Below, piece after piece: positions 29,055 to 39,508 of a DNA stretch of 64,000 nt. The stretch comes from Pseudolabrys sp. (GTDB lineage Bacteria > Pseudomonadota > Alphaproteobacteria > Rhizobiales > Xanthobacteraceae), in NCBI GenBank assembly GCA_051986235.1, contig JBPYDR010000076.1, forward strand, positions 924 to 64,923. The letters run 5' to 3'. Position 1 is the stretch's first letter, and every line of letters begins with the position of its first letter. The notes beneath the pieces were generated by a model. It saw only the letters and a program-made list of their open reading frames with translations. It was not told the DNA's origin and did not search any database. The position numbers and the translations under genes were made by a program.

Positions 29055-29750
29055 ATGATCCGCCCTTCCGCCCTGCTTCTCGCCACTGCCCTCGCCTTCA
29101 GCCCGCTTGCGGCGCAGGCCGAATCCGCCGTGACTATTCCACCGCCTGCCGCAGATGCATCGGCGCCAAGCGCTGGGCTGGAAACCGCCGTGCTCGCCGG
29201 TGGCTGCTTCTGGGGCATCCAGGCCGTGTACCAGCACGTCAAAGGCGTGAAGAACGCAGTGTCCGGCTATGCCGGCGGTGCGCAGAAAGATGCCACTTAC
29301 GACACGGTCAGCTCAGGCCGCACCAGCCACGCTGAAAGCGTGCGCGTGACGTTTGACCCGCGCGAGATTTCCTACGGCAAGATCCTGCAGATCTACTTCG
29401 CGGTCGCGCATGACCCGACACAGCTCAACCACCAGGGCCCGGACACCGGTCCGCAATATCGCTCGGAGATTTTCCCGCAGAACGAGGCGCAGCAGAAGAT
29501 CGCGCAGGATTACATCGTGCAGCTCGACAAGACGGGTGCCTACAAGCGCCCGATCGTAACGAAGACCCACACGATGAAGGTTCCGTTCTACGCGGCCGAG
29601 GCTTATCACCAGGACTATGCGATCAAACACCCGTATCAGCCGTACATCGCCTTCAACGACTTACCGAAGGTCGACAATCTGAAGAAGATGTTCCCCGATG
29701 TCTGGCGTGACCAGCCTGTGACGGTCGCTGAGGTCGGCAAGGGAAATTGA
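29055..29750 (+). CDS. msrA: Peptide-methionine (S)-S-oxide reductase with signal peptide
   Basis: AGGCFWG, HDPTQLN.QGPD.G.QYRS and AEAYHQDY. Confidence 0.95.
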   Translation: MIRPSALLLATALAFSPLAAQAESAVTIPPPAADASAPSAGLETAVLAGGCFWGIQAVYQHVKGVKNAVSGYAGGAQKDATYDTVSSGRTSHAESVRVTFDPREISYGKILQIYFAVAHDPTQLNHQGPDTGPQYRSEIFPQNEAQQKIAQDYIVQLDKTGAYKRPIVTKTHTMKVPFYAAEAYHQDYAIKHPYQPYIAFNDLPKVDNLKKMFPDVWRDQPVTVAEVGKGN

Positions 29751-29884
29751 GCGCGGCCCGACGGCGGCGAATCAACTAAAATCAACGCCGGACGCTACAT
29801 CGACTCGCGCCGATTGCGTTTCCGCGAAATTTCAGGCAAACCCCGGCCCAACGCGGCAGGGCGCCCGAACCAAGGAACAACAAC

Positions 29885-30157
29885 ATGGCTCGTAAACCCG
29901 GAACGCGAACCGTTGGCGAATTCGTCCTGTTCGACGTGGTGTACGAGGACGGCACGCAGCGATCCAACCGCAGGGTTCCGGGCTCGGCGCTCGGCGGTCT
30001 CGAAGGCGACGAACCGGCCAAAGCCATTATCGAAGAACAGGACGCGGAGATCGCGGCGAAGTCCGGAATGCCACGCAGCCCGATCAAGAGCATCCGTCGC
30101 GCTGGCACGAAAGAGACCCAGGCCGAACTTTACAGGTCGCAGCGCGGCCAGCGCTGA
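29885..30157 (+). CDS. Conserved hypothetical protein
   Basis: FDVVYEDGTQRSNRRVP; AAGGA ribosome-binding site. Confidence 0.75.
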   Translation: MARKPGTRTVGEFVLFDVVYEDGTQRSNRRVPGSALGGLEGDEPAKAIIEEQDAEIAAKSGMPRSPIKSIRRAGTKETQAELYRSQRGQR

Positions 30158-30171
30158 GTACGCTCTCGGCC

Positions 30172-30196
30172 GGAACGGTTCGGACCGGCGCGCGTT
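30172..30196 (+). promoter_or_regulatory. EcfG-type promoter
   Basis: GGAAC-ggttcggaccggcgcg-CGTT before the DUF3008 gene. Confidence 0.65.
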
Positions 30197-30224
30197 CCTC
30201 CCTCACAAGCAGGGAGTGAACGTC

Positions 30225-30413
30225 ATGCCGGCAAAATTGAAGAAACAGCAGATGGCCGCGGGCGCTGCCTTGTCCGCCAAGCGCGGCGAGCGCCCGATCT
30301 CGAGCCTCAAGGGAGCCTCACGCGAGATGGTCGACTCGATGAGCGAGAAGCAGCTCGAGGAATTCGCGCACACGAAGCGGAAGGGGTTGCCGAGGAAGAA
30401 GCAGCAAGGCTGA
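30225..30413 (+). CDS. DUF3008 family protein
   Basis: MPAK...QQ.AAGAALSAKRG...LKGAS..M..SM.EK.LEEFA. Confidence 0.85.
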   Translation: MPAKLKKQQMAAGAALSAKRGERPISSLKGASREMVDSMSEKQLEEFAHTKRKGLPRKKQQG

Positions 30414-30417
30414 AAAC

Positions 30418-30445
30418 AAAAACCCCGGCCTGAGCCGGGGTTTTG
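30418..30445. terminator. Bidirectional terminator between DUF3008 and rpoD
   Basis: AAAAACCCCGGC-CTGA-GCCGGGGTTTT. Confidence 0.85.
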
Positions 30446-30450
30446 TCTGA

Positions 30451-32589
<2,139 letters not shown>

Positions 32590-32808
32590 TCCGTTTCTCC
32601 TGGACCGTCCTGGCCGTCTCACACATTGCCCACGCCCCTCGGCGCATGGCCAAAAAGGGCCGCGCCGGCGAGGCGCCGCCCCGAATCAGGCCTTTAGTCT
32701 CGTCGGAACCCGCTAAGCTCCGATTAACCCAAGAATACCGCTGGAATCGACCCTTTAATTCCAGGCTGGCCCTGATTCCCGCCCGCCCAAAAAGGGCGGT
32801 GGACGTCG

Positions 32809-34764
32809 TCATAAGCTACGAACGCCCCGACCGGAAGAGGCTCCGAACCCTTCAATCAGAGCTTCGGTGCCTTCCATCTTTGACAGGCGGGCTTTGACGT
32901 CGCGCAACCGCAAGTAATTGGCTTCGCTCGCGTCCTGACCCAGGGCCTGCTCGGCGTCCTTGAGCTCCTTAGTTAGTGAATGCCACTGCCGATGCAAGGC
33001 GACAAGCTGCTGCCAGGTCACAACAACATCGTCCGGAGCGGCCTCGGGCCGGGCCCCCCAGACCGATGGGGTCGTGATCGACTGGGCGACCCGCGCCATG
33101 GCTTCAGCCAGATTACGCCCGGCGAGTTCCGTCCGCAGCGCCTCGGCGTCAAGCGCCGAGGCGTGGGCCGCGATATCGATCAATGCTCCTTTCAGCCGCT
33201 CGGCATCGGCATGGCGGAATTCGAGCGAAGCGAACTCCTCGAGATGATCGTGCAGCAGCCAGGGGTGGTTGAGCGCAGTCAGCAGGATCAGCGCCTCGCG
33301 CCGGGGGATGGCCGTGCGATGGCCGCGATGCACCGGGCTTGAGGCGAGCTGCTGGCTCGCAACCACATAGGGCATTGACCGACCACCGCGCGCGGGAGCT
33401 TGCCGCTGCCAGTCGGCATTGCGGCGCTCGCGCCAGTTTCGACCGCCGCCGCGCGGCTCGCGCCATTCGCTGCGCCCACGCGATTCGCGCGGTGGCGGCG
33501 CGAAGAAGTTCGCAAGGCGGCTCGCAAAATCCTGCCGGTAGTATTTTCGCACCGCCTCGTCGGCGATCTGCGCCGTCAGCTCGTTGACCCGGGCCTCCAG
33601 CGCGGCACGCCGCTCCGGCGTGTCGAAGGAATGTCCTTCCGTCTCACGCGCCCACAGTATGTCGGCCAACGGCCGAGCAGCACTGATGACCTCCAGCGCG
33701 GCCTCGCGTCCGCCCGCGCGCACGAGATCGTCGGGGTCCTGACCCTGCGGGAGCAGCGCGAAGCGCAGGCTCTTGCCAGGTTTGATCCGCGGCATCGCCA
33801 GATCGACGGCACGATAGGCGGCGCGCAGGCCGGCGCCGTCACCGTCGAAGCAGAGCACCGGCTCATCGGCCATTTTCCAGAGCAGACCGAGCTGGTCTTC
33901 GGTGAGCGCCGTACCGAGCGGCGCAACGGTTGCGCCGAAGCCTGCGCTCACCATCGCGATCACATCGACATAGCCTTCGACGGCGATCAGGGTCGCTCCG
34001 TCATGGGCGGCCTGACGTGCAGTGGCGACGTTGTAGAGCGTCCCGCCTTTGTGGAAGAGCGAGGTCTCCGGCGAGTTGAGATATTTCGCCTGCGCATCTT
34101 TCTCGAGGGCGCGGCCGCCGAAGGCGATCACACGACCGCGCAGGTCGGTGATCGGGAACATCACGCGGTCGCGGAAGCGGTCGAACGGCACCGGAATGTC
34201 GTCGCCGGAAATCAGCAGCCCGGTCTCGACCATGTCTTCGACCGGAATACCGTGCGAACCGAGGTGCTCCTTCAGCGCGAAACGCTCGCCCGGTGCGTAA
34301 CCCATGCGGAACTTGAGCTGCGTCGCCGGATCGAGGCCGCGATCGGCGAGATAGCCGCGCGCTTTAGCGCCGGTGCGCGAGGCGAGCATGTCCTGAAAGA
34401 ATTTCGCCGCAAGCTCCATCACATCGTGCAGCGTTTTGCGCCGCTCTGCGCGCGCCTCGTCCTCGCGCGAGATTTTCGGCAGTGCCAGACCGGCCATCTG
34501 CGCCAGGCGCTCGACCGCTTCCGGGAAAGTGATGCCTTCGCTTTCCATAACGAAATCGAAGATGCTGCCGTTCTTGCCCGAGGAGAAATCGAACCAGGCC
34601 TGCTTCTGGTCATTCACGAAGAAGGACGGCGTCTTCTCCTTGTTGAACGGCGAGAGACCCTTGAACTCGCGCCCGGAGCGCACGAGCTTGACGCGCCGCC
34701 CCACGACTTCCGAAACGGGAAGTCGGGCTTTCAGCTCGTCGAGGAACTGGGGCGTGAAGCGCAT
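32809..34764 (-). CDS. dnaG: DNA primase
   Basis: SPFNKEKTPSF, KYLNSPET, VEGYVDVI and CFDGDGAG (TOPRIM). Confidence 0.97.
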   Translation of the reverse strand: MRFTPQFLDELKARLPVSEVVGRRVKLVRSGREFKGLSPFNKEKTPSFFVNDQKQAWFDFSSGKNGSIFDFVMESEGITFPEAVERLAQMAGLALPKISREDEARAERRKTLHDVMELAAKFFQDMLASRTGAKARGYLADRGLDPATQLKFRMGYAPGERFALKEHLGSHGIPVEDMVETGLLISGDDIPVPFDRFRDRVMFPITDLRGRVIAFGGRALEKDAQAKYLNSPETSLFHKGGTLYNVATARQAAHDGATLIAVEGYVDVIAMVSAGFGATVAPLGTALTEDQLGLLWKMADEPVLCFDGDGAGLRAAYRAVDLAMPRIKPGKSLRFALLPQGQDPDDLVRAGGREAALEVISAARPLADILWARETEGHSFDTPERRAALEARVNELTAQIADEAVRKYYRQDFASRLANFFAPPPRESRGRSEWREPRGGGRNWRERRNADWQRQAPARGGRSMPYVVASQQLASSPVHRGHRTAIPRREALILLTALNHPWLLHDHLEEFASLEFRHADAERLKGALIDIAAHASALDAEALRTELAGRNLAEAMARVAQSITTPSVWGARPEAAPDDVVVTWQQLVALHRQWHSLTKELKDAEQALGQDASEANYLRLRDVKARLSKMEGTEALIEGFGASSGRGVRSL

Positions 34765-34902
34765 GGGTTAAGGACCGAATCGTCTTGCCGGCTATTCTAT
34801 GATCCAAATCGAGCCATGCTTGAGGCGGCCAGAACGTCCCCGTTATCCCAACAGCGGGCCAGCAGGCGCCAACGAGTTTTCCACAGGCCCATCGGATTAA
34901 TG

Positions 34903-35001
34903 GTCATTCCGGGACGGCGCGTAGCGCTGGACCCGGAATCCAGAAACATTCAAGGCCATCTCTGGATCCCGGTTCGCGCCTTCGGCGCGCCCCGGAATGA
35001 C
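34903..35001. repeat. REP-like palindrome, family B
   Basis: GTCATTCCGGG...CCCGGAATGAC terminal inverted repeats with internal hairpins. Confidence 0.8.
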
Positions 35002-35024
35002 GGCCTTGGGAGGGTGTCCGGCAC

Positions 35025-35741
35025 ATGCCACCCGGAACCGCAAAGACCTTCATTCTCGTACACGGTGCCTGGCATGGCGGCTGGGCCTGGCGGCGCGTTG
35101 CCGACCGGCTGAGAGCCCGTGGACACATCGTGTTTGCCCCGACGCTGACCGGTCTCGGGGAGCGTGCGCATCTGCTCCGGCCCGGCATCGACCTCTCTCT
35201 GCACATCGCCGACGTGCTCAGCGTGATCAAATACGAGGAGCTCTGGGGCTTCGTGCTGGTCGGCCATTCCTACGGTGGCTGCGTGATTTCGGGGGTCGCC
35301 GAAGCAATGCCCGACGCGGTCCACGCGATGGTCTTTCTCGATGCCTTCATTCCGGACAATGGCGATTCAACGCTCGACCTGGTGCAGCCGGCCGTGCAGG
35401 ACGTCATCCGTGGCGCGCTCGCGCGTGGGGAAACTACCGTGCCAGTTCGCGATGCCGCAGCATTCAAGGTGAACGAGAAAGATCGCGCCTGGGTCGATTC
35501 GCTTGCCACGCCGCAGCCGATCGCAACCATGACGGAAAAGCTCACGCTCACCGGCGCACGCGAGCGCATCCCGAACAAGACTTACATCCGCGCATGCGGC
35601 TATCCGAATGTGTCGTTCGAGAAGGCACTCGCGCGCGTGAAGGCCGATCCGTCGTGGCGCACTTATGAAGTGCCCTGCGGCCACGACGTGATGATCGACG
35701 AGCCGGACCGGTTGACCGAGATCTTGCTGGAGGTTGGGTGA
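35025..35741 (+). CDS. Alpha/beta hydrolase (esterase)
   Basis: LVHGAWHGGW, GHSYGG and GHD. Confidence 0.9.
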   Translation: MPPGTAKTFILVHGAWHGGWAWRRVADRLRARGHIVFAPTLTGLGERAHLLRPGIDLSLHIADVLSVIKYEELWGFVLVGHSYGGCVISGVAEAMPDAVHAMVFLDAFIPDNGDSTLDLVQPAVQDVIRGALARGETTVPVRDAAAFKVNEKDRAWVDSLATPQPIATMTEKLTLTGARERIPNKTYIRACGYPNVSFEKALARVKADPSWRTYEVPCGHDVMIDEPDRLTEILLEVG

Positions 35742-35771
35742 GACGGCTCCAGCAATGCAATGTCTCGCTGC

Positions 35772-35879
35772 TGTCATGCCCGGCTTTATGCCAGGCATCC
35801 ACGTCTTGAGGATCCGCCACAGGGATGGATGGCCGGGACAAGCCCGGCCAGTATGGCCGGCACAAGGCCCGCCATGACA
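35772..35879. repeat. REP-like palindrome, family A, with duplicated right arm
   Basis: TGTCATGCCCGGC...ATGGCCGGGACAAGCCCGGCCA-GT-ATGGCCGGCACAAGGCCCGCCATGACA. Confidence 0.8.
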
Positions 35880-35890
35880 ATGTCACCCAA

Positions 35891-36346
35891 TCAACCCGAC
35901 AGCCGCGCCTTTACCATGCCGCTCGCCTTGGCCATGTCCATCTGCCCGGCAAACTTGCCGCGCAGCACGCCGATGACCTTGCCCATGTCCTTCATGCCGG
36001 CAGCGCCGGTTTCCTTCACCGCCGCCTCGACCGCCGCCTTCATTTCATTATCTGACATCTGCTTGGGCAGGTAGCCGGAAATGATCGCAATCTCCTCCTG
36101 CTCCTGCTTCACGAGGTCGGCACGGCCGCCCTTCTGGTAGAGCTCGACCGATTCCTGCCGCTGCTTGATCATCTTCTGTAGCAGGCTCAGCACCTCGGCA
36201 TCGCCGAGCGGCGGCTTGCCGGTCCCGCGCGCCTCGATATCGGCGTTCTTGAGCGAGGAATTGACCATCCGCAGCGTGGAAACCGCCCGCTCGTTCTTGG
36301 CCTTCATTGCCTCGGTCAAAGCCTTGTTGATGTCGTCGCGCAGCAC
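35891..36346 (-). CDS. GatB/YqeY domain protein
   Basis: AMKAK....STLR, KQRQES, YLPKQMS and KDMGKV. Confidence 0.92.
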   Translation of the reverse strand: MLRDDINKALTEAMKAKNERAVSTLRMVNSSLKNADIEARGTGKPPLGDAEVLSLLQKMIKQRQESVELYQKGGRADLVKQEQEEIAIISGYLPKQMSDNEMKAAVEAAVKETGAAGMKDMGKVIGVLRGKFAGQMDMAKASGMVKARLSG

Positions 36347-36372
36347 CGCACAGCCCCTTTCCTTCGTAGTTT

Positions 36373-36423
36373 GCGCCTTGTCTTTATCCGAAAACCGCAA
36401 CCACTTTTCGGGACCATGCGCTC
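36373..36423. repeat. Short palindromic repeat, family C
   Basis: Reverse complement GCGCATGGTCCCGAAAAGTGGTTGCGGTTTTCGGATAAAGACAAGGCGC; resembles a rhizobial intergenic repeat as recalled, unverified. Confidence 0.55.
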
Positions 36424-36494
36424 ATTTCGCTTTGATTGGGGGCGGCACAACGCGGCCCCTTGCCTCGCACACTATAATACGCAAGTAAGAGGCC

Positions 36495-37697
36495 ATGACC
36501 CAGACGAAAGCCGCCCCCGCCGGTCAATGGGCCGAGCCCAAGGCGACGGCGCTGTTGGTTCTGGCGGACGGAACCGTCTTCGAGGGCTTCGGACTGGGCG
36601 CCACCGGACATGCGGTCGGCGAGGTCTGCTTCAACACAGCCATGACGGGTTATGAGGAGATCCTCACCGACCCTTCTTATGCCGGGCAGATCATCACCTT
36701 CACGTTTCCCCACATCGGCAATGTCGGCACCAACGAAGACGACATCGAAACCGTCAACATGGCGGCAACGCCCGGCGCCCGCGGTGTCATATTGCAAACT
36801 GCCATCACCTCGCCGTCAAACTATCGCGCGACGCGACATCTCAACGACTGGCTGAAGGCGCGCGGCATCGTCGGGCTTGCCGGCATCGACACGCGCGCGC
36901 TGACCTCGCTGATCCGCGTCAACGGAATGCCCAACGCCGTCATCGCGCACGAGCCGTCGGGCAAGTTCGATGTAGCGGCGTTGAAGAAAGAAGCGAAGGA
37001 ATGGCCGGGCCTCATCGGCATGGACCTCGTCCCGATGGTGACGAGCGGCCAGCGCTTCACCTGGGACGAAACACCCTGGACCTGGGACAAAGGATATTCG
37101 CGGCAGACAAATCCTGAATTCCACGTCGTCGCGATCGACTACGGCATCAAGCGCAATATTCTTCGTCTGCTCGCGGGCACCGGCTGCAAAGTGACGGTGG
37201 TTCCGGCCAAGACTTCGGCCGAGGACATCATGGCGCTGAAACCCGACGGGGTTTTCCTCTCGAACGGACCCGGCGACCCGGCGGCGACCGGCGAATACGC
37301 GGTGCCGGTGATCAAGAAGCTGATCGACTGGGGCACGCCGACATTTGGCATCTGCCTTGGGCACCAGATGCTCGGCATCGCCGTCGGCGGCAGGACAATG
37401 AAGATGCATCAGGGCCACCACGGCGCGAACCATCCGGTGAAGGACCTGACCACCGGCAAGGTTGAGATCACCTCGATGAACCACGGCTTCGCGGTGGATA
37501 AGGAATCGCTGCCGAAGAATGTCGAGCAGACGCATTTCTCGCTGTTCGACGGCTCCAATTGCGGTATCGCGTTGAAGGACAAGCCGGTATTCTCGGTGCA
37601 GTACCACCCGGAGGCTTCACCGGGTCCGCGCGACAGTCATTATCTCTTCACGCGCTTCGTCGAAATGATGCGACAGGCCAAACGCAAGATTGCGTAG
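36495..37697 (+). CDS. carA: Carbamoyl-phosphate synthase small subunit
   Basis: FNTAMTGY, LSNGPGDP, GICLGHQ and QYHPE. Confidence 0.98.
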   Translation: MTQTKAAPAGQWAEPKATALLVLADGTVFEGFGLGATGHAVGEVCFNTAMTGYEEILTDPSYAGQIITFTFPHIGNVGTNEDDIETVNMAATPGARGVILQTAITSPSNYRATRHLNDWLKARGIVGLAGIDTRALTSLIRVNGMPNAVIAHEPSGKFDVAALKKEAKEWPGLIGMDLVPMVTSGQRFTWDETPWTWDKGYSRQTNPEFHVVAIDYGIKRNILRLLAGTGCKVTVVPAKTSAEDIMALKPDGVFLSNGPGDPAATGEYAVPVIKKLIDWGTPTFGICLGHQMLGIAVGGRTMKMHQGHHGANHPVKDLTTGKVEITSMNHGFAVDKESLPKNVEQTHFSLFDGSNCGIALKDKPVFSVQYHPEASPGPRDSHYLFTRFVEMMRQAKRKIA

Positions 37698-37715
37698 AGC
37701 GGACTGCCCAACACC

Positions 37716-37804
37716 CGTCATGCCCGGCTTTATGCCGGGCATCCACGTCTTGGCATCTTCGGCGAGAAAGGCGTGGATGGCCGGGACAAGCCCGGCGATG
37801 ATGG
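37716..37804. repeat. REP-like palindrome, family A
   Basis: CGTCATGCCCGGCTTTATGCCGGGCATCCACG...CGTGGATGGCCGGGACAAGCCCGGC. Confidence 0.82.
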
Positions 37805-37867
37805 TCTCGGCGATGGCGGCAAGTTTGAGCGGAACGACTCGCGCGGATAGTGGGTTTTTAAGTCAAC

Positions 37868-38374
37868 ATGCCGATCAAACCCCTAACCTATCTGTTCAAT
37901 GACGACGGCAAGGTGCCGAACAATCCGGCGCTGCCGGTTCTCGTCTACAAGGCAGCGGTCGACCCGTCCGCACGCGCCATTGAAACGCTGTTTTCGGACA
38001 ATGACTGGGGCAACGGACAGTGGCGCAACGGCATCTATCCATTCGTGCACTATCACGCAATGATTCACGAAACGCTCGGGATCGCGCGCGGCCATGCCAA
38101 AGTTCAGCTCGGCGGACATCGCGGCGAGGTGTTTGAGCTTGCGGCCGGCGATGTCGTCGTGCTGCCGGCGGGCACGGGCCATCAGCGATTGTCCGGCAGC
38201 GAGGACCTTCTCGTCATCGGCGCCTATCCGCCAGACGGCACATATAACCTGTGCCGCGGCGACAATCCGGCCGATCGCGACCGGTCGCTGACCACGATTC
38301 CCAAGGTGCCGTTGCCAGGGAGCGATCCGGTGCTGGGCCGGGAAGGCCCGCTGCCGAAGCTCTGGCGGCGGTGA
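37868..38374 (+). CDS. Cupin domain protein (YjlB-like)
   Basis: VPNNP, HYH...HE and LPAGTGH; upstream GGAAC-N17-GGTT at 37831-37856. Confidence 0.85.
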   Translation: MPIKPLTYLFNDDGKVPNNPALPVLVYKAAVDPSARAIETLFSDNDWGNGQWRNGIYPFVHYHAMIHETLGIARGHAKVQLGGHRGEVFELAAGDVVVLPAGTGHQRLSGSEDLLVIGAYPPDGTYNLCRGDNPADRDRSLTTIPKVPLPGSDPVLGREGPLPKLWRR

Positions 38375-38402
38375 CGATCAGGAAGACGCCGTCCCACACA
38401 AT

Positions 38403-38491
38403 CGTCATGGCCGGGCTTGTCCCGGCCATCTACGTCTTTGTTGTGCCGGATCCTTAAGACGCGGATGCCCGGAATAAAGCCGAGCATGACG
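38403..38491. repeat. REP-like palindrome, family A
   Basis: CGTCATGGCCGGGCTTGTCCCGGCCATC...GCATGACG. Confidence 0.82.
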
Positions 38492-38562
38492 GATGCGAGG
38501 GCTACGTTCCATCACCGCGCGATAGGCTATAAGCAGTCACCAAAACAAGCCGCGACCCTGCC

Positions 38563-39264
38563 ATGAGCAACTGGATCGATTTTTACGATTTCAAGCACTC
38601 GGTGATTTACGTGAACGCGCGTCACCGCGACGTGCACTACCGCACGATCGCGCAGGACATCCGCGCCTACGTGCCTTCACCCACCGCGCATGTGCTGGAC
38701 TACGGCTGCGGCGAAGCGACCTCGGCTGAACTCATCGCCGCAGCCTGCGGCCAGCTGGTTCTCGCGGAAGCCGCGCCCAATGTGCGCGCTTCGCTCGCCA
38801 TGCGTTACGCGGGCAACCCGAAAATCGCGGTGATCAGTGCCGAGCAGGCGACAGCGCTGCCGAAGGCCTCGTTCGACCTGATCGTGATGCATTCGGTCGC
38901 GCAATATCTGCGTGAGGCAGAGCTCGAGGGCCTGCTAGCGATGTTTCGCTCACTGCTCAAACCGGGCGGCCTGTTCATTCTCGGCGACATCGTGCCGCCA
39001 CATCGCGCGGCACCATCAGCAGCCCTGGCCTTGCTGCGCTTCGGCGCGGCCAACGGTTTCTTCTGGGCGGCGACCTCGGGACTGATGCGGATTTTCGTCT
39101 CCGACTACTTGCGCCTGCGCAAGACGATCGGGCTTTCGCACTACACGGAGGCCGCGGCACTCGAAAAGCTCACGCGCGCCCGCTTCGACGCCAAGCGCGC
39201 CCCGCGCAATATCGGCCACAATCAGCGCCGAATGACGTTTGTCTGTCGCGCGAACAGTGCATGA
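38563..39264 (+). CDS. Class I SAM-dependent methyltransferase
   Basis: VLDYGCG, FDLI and LLKPGG. Confidence 0.9.
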   Translation: MSNWIDFYDFKHSVIYVNARHRDVHYRTIAQDIRAYVPSPTAHVLDYGCGEATSAELIAAACGQLVLAEAAPNVRASLAMRYAGNPKIAVISAEQATALPKASFDLIVMHSVAQYLREAELEGLLAMFRSLLKPGGLFILGDIVPPHRAAPSAALALLRFGAANGFFWAATSGLMRIFVSDYLRLRKTIGLSHYTEAAALEKLTRARFDAKRAPRNIGHNQRRMTFVCRANSA

Positions 39265-39273
39265 GCCAAAGGC

Positions 39274-39365
39274 TGTCATGCCTGGCCTTGTGCCGGGCAT
39301 CCACGTCGTTGCCAGGGTCCAAATAAACAAAGACGTGGATGGCCCGGACAAGCCCGGCCATGACA
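39274..39365. repeat. REP-like palindrome, family A
   Basis: TGTCATGCCTGGCCTTGTGCCGGGCATCCACG...CCCGGCCATGACA. Confidence 0.82.
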
Positions 39366-39508
39366 TAGCACGCTGCCCTTCCCTGCCCGTCGAATCTGGT
39401 CTAAAGGACCACCGCGCGCGGGGGCTTTCCCCTAGCGCCGAGCCCCCGGGACGCGCGATTTGCGCGCCCTTTTTTTGTGCCTGGAGTTCTTTGGAACGCG
39501 TTATCGAG

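Noticed and set aside
35772-39365. Recurring palindromes as a CRISPR array
   Set aside because: Copies are separated by whole genes, are degenerate, have no uniform spacers, and no cas genes are present.
39239-39508. 90-aa N-terminal extension of CarB in the ORF track
   Set aside because: It is translated REP and leader sequence; the conserved start is MPKRTD at 39509.
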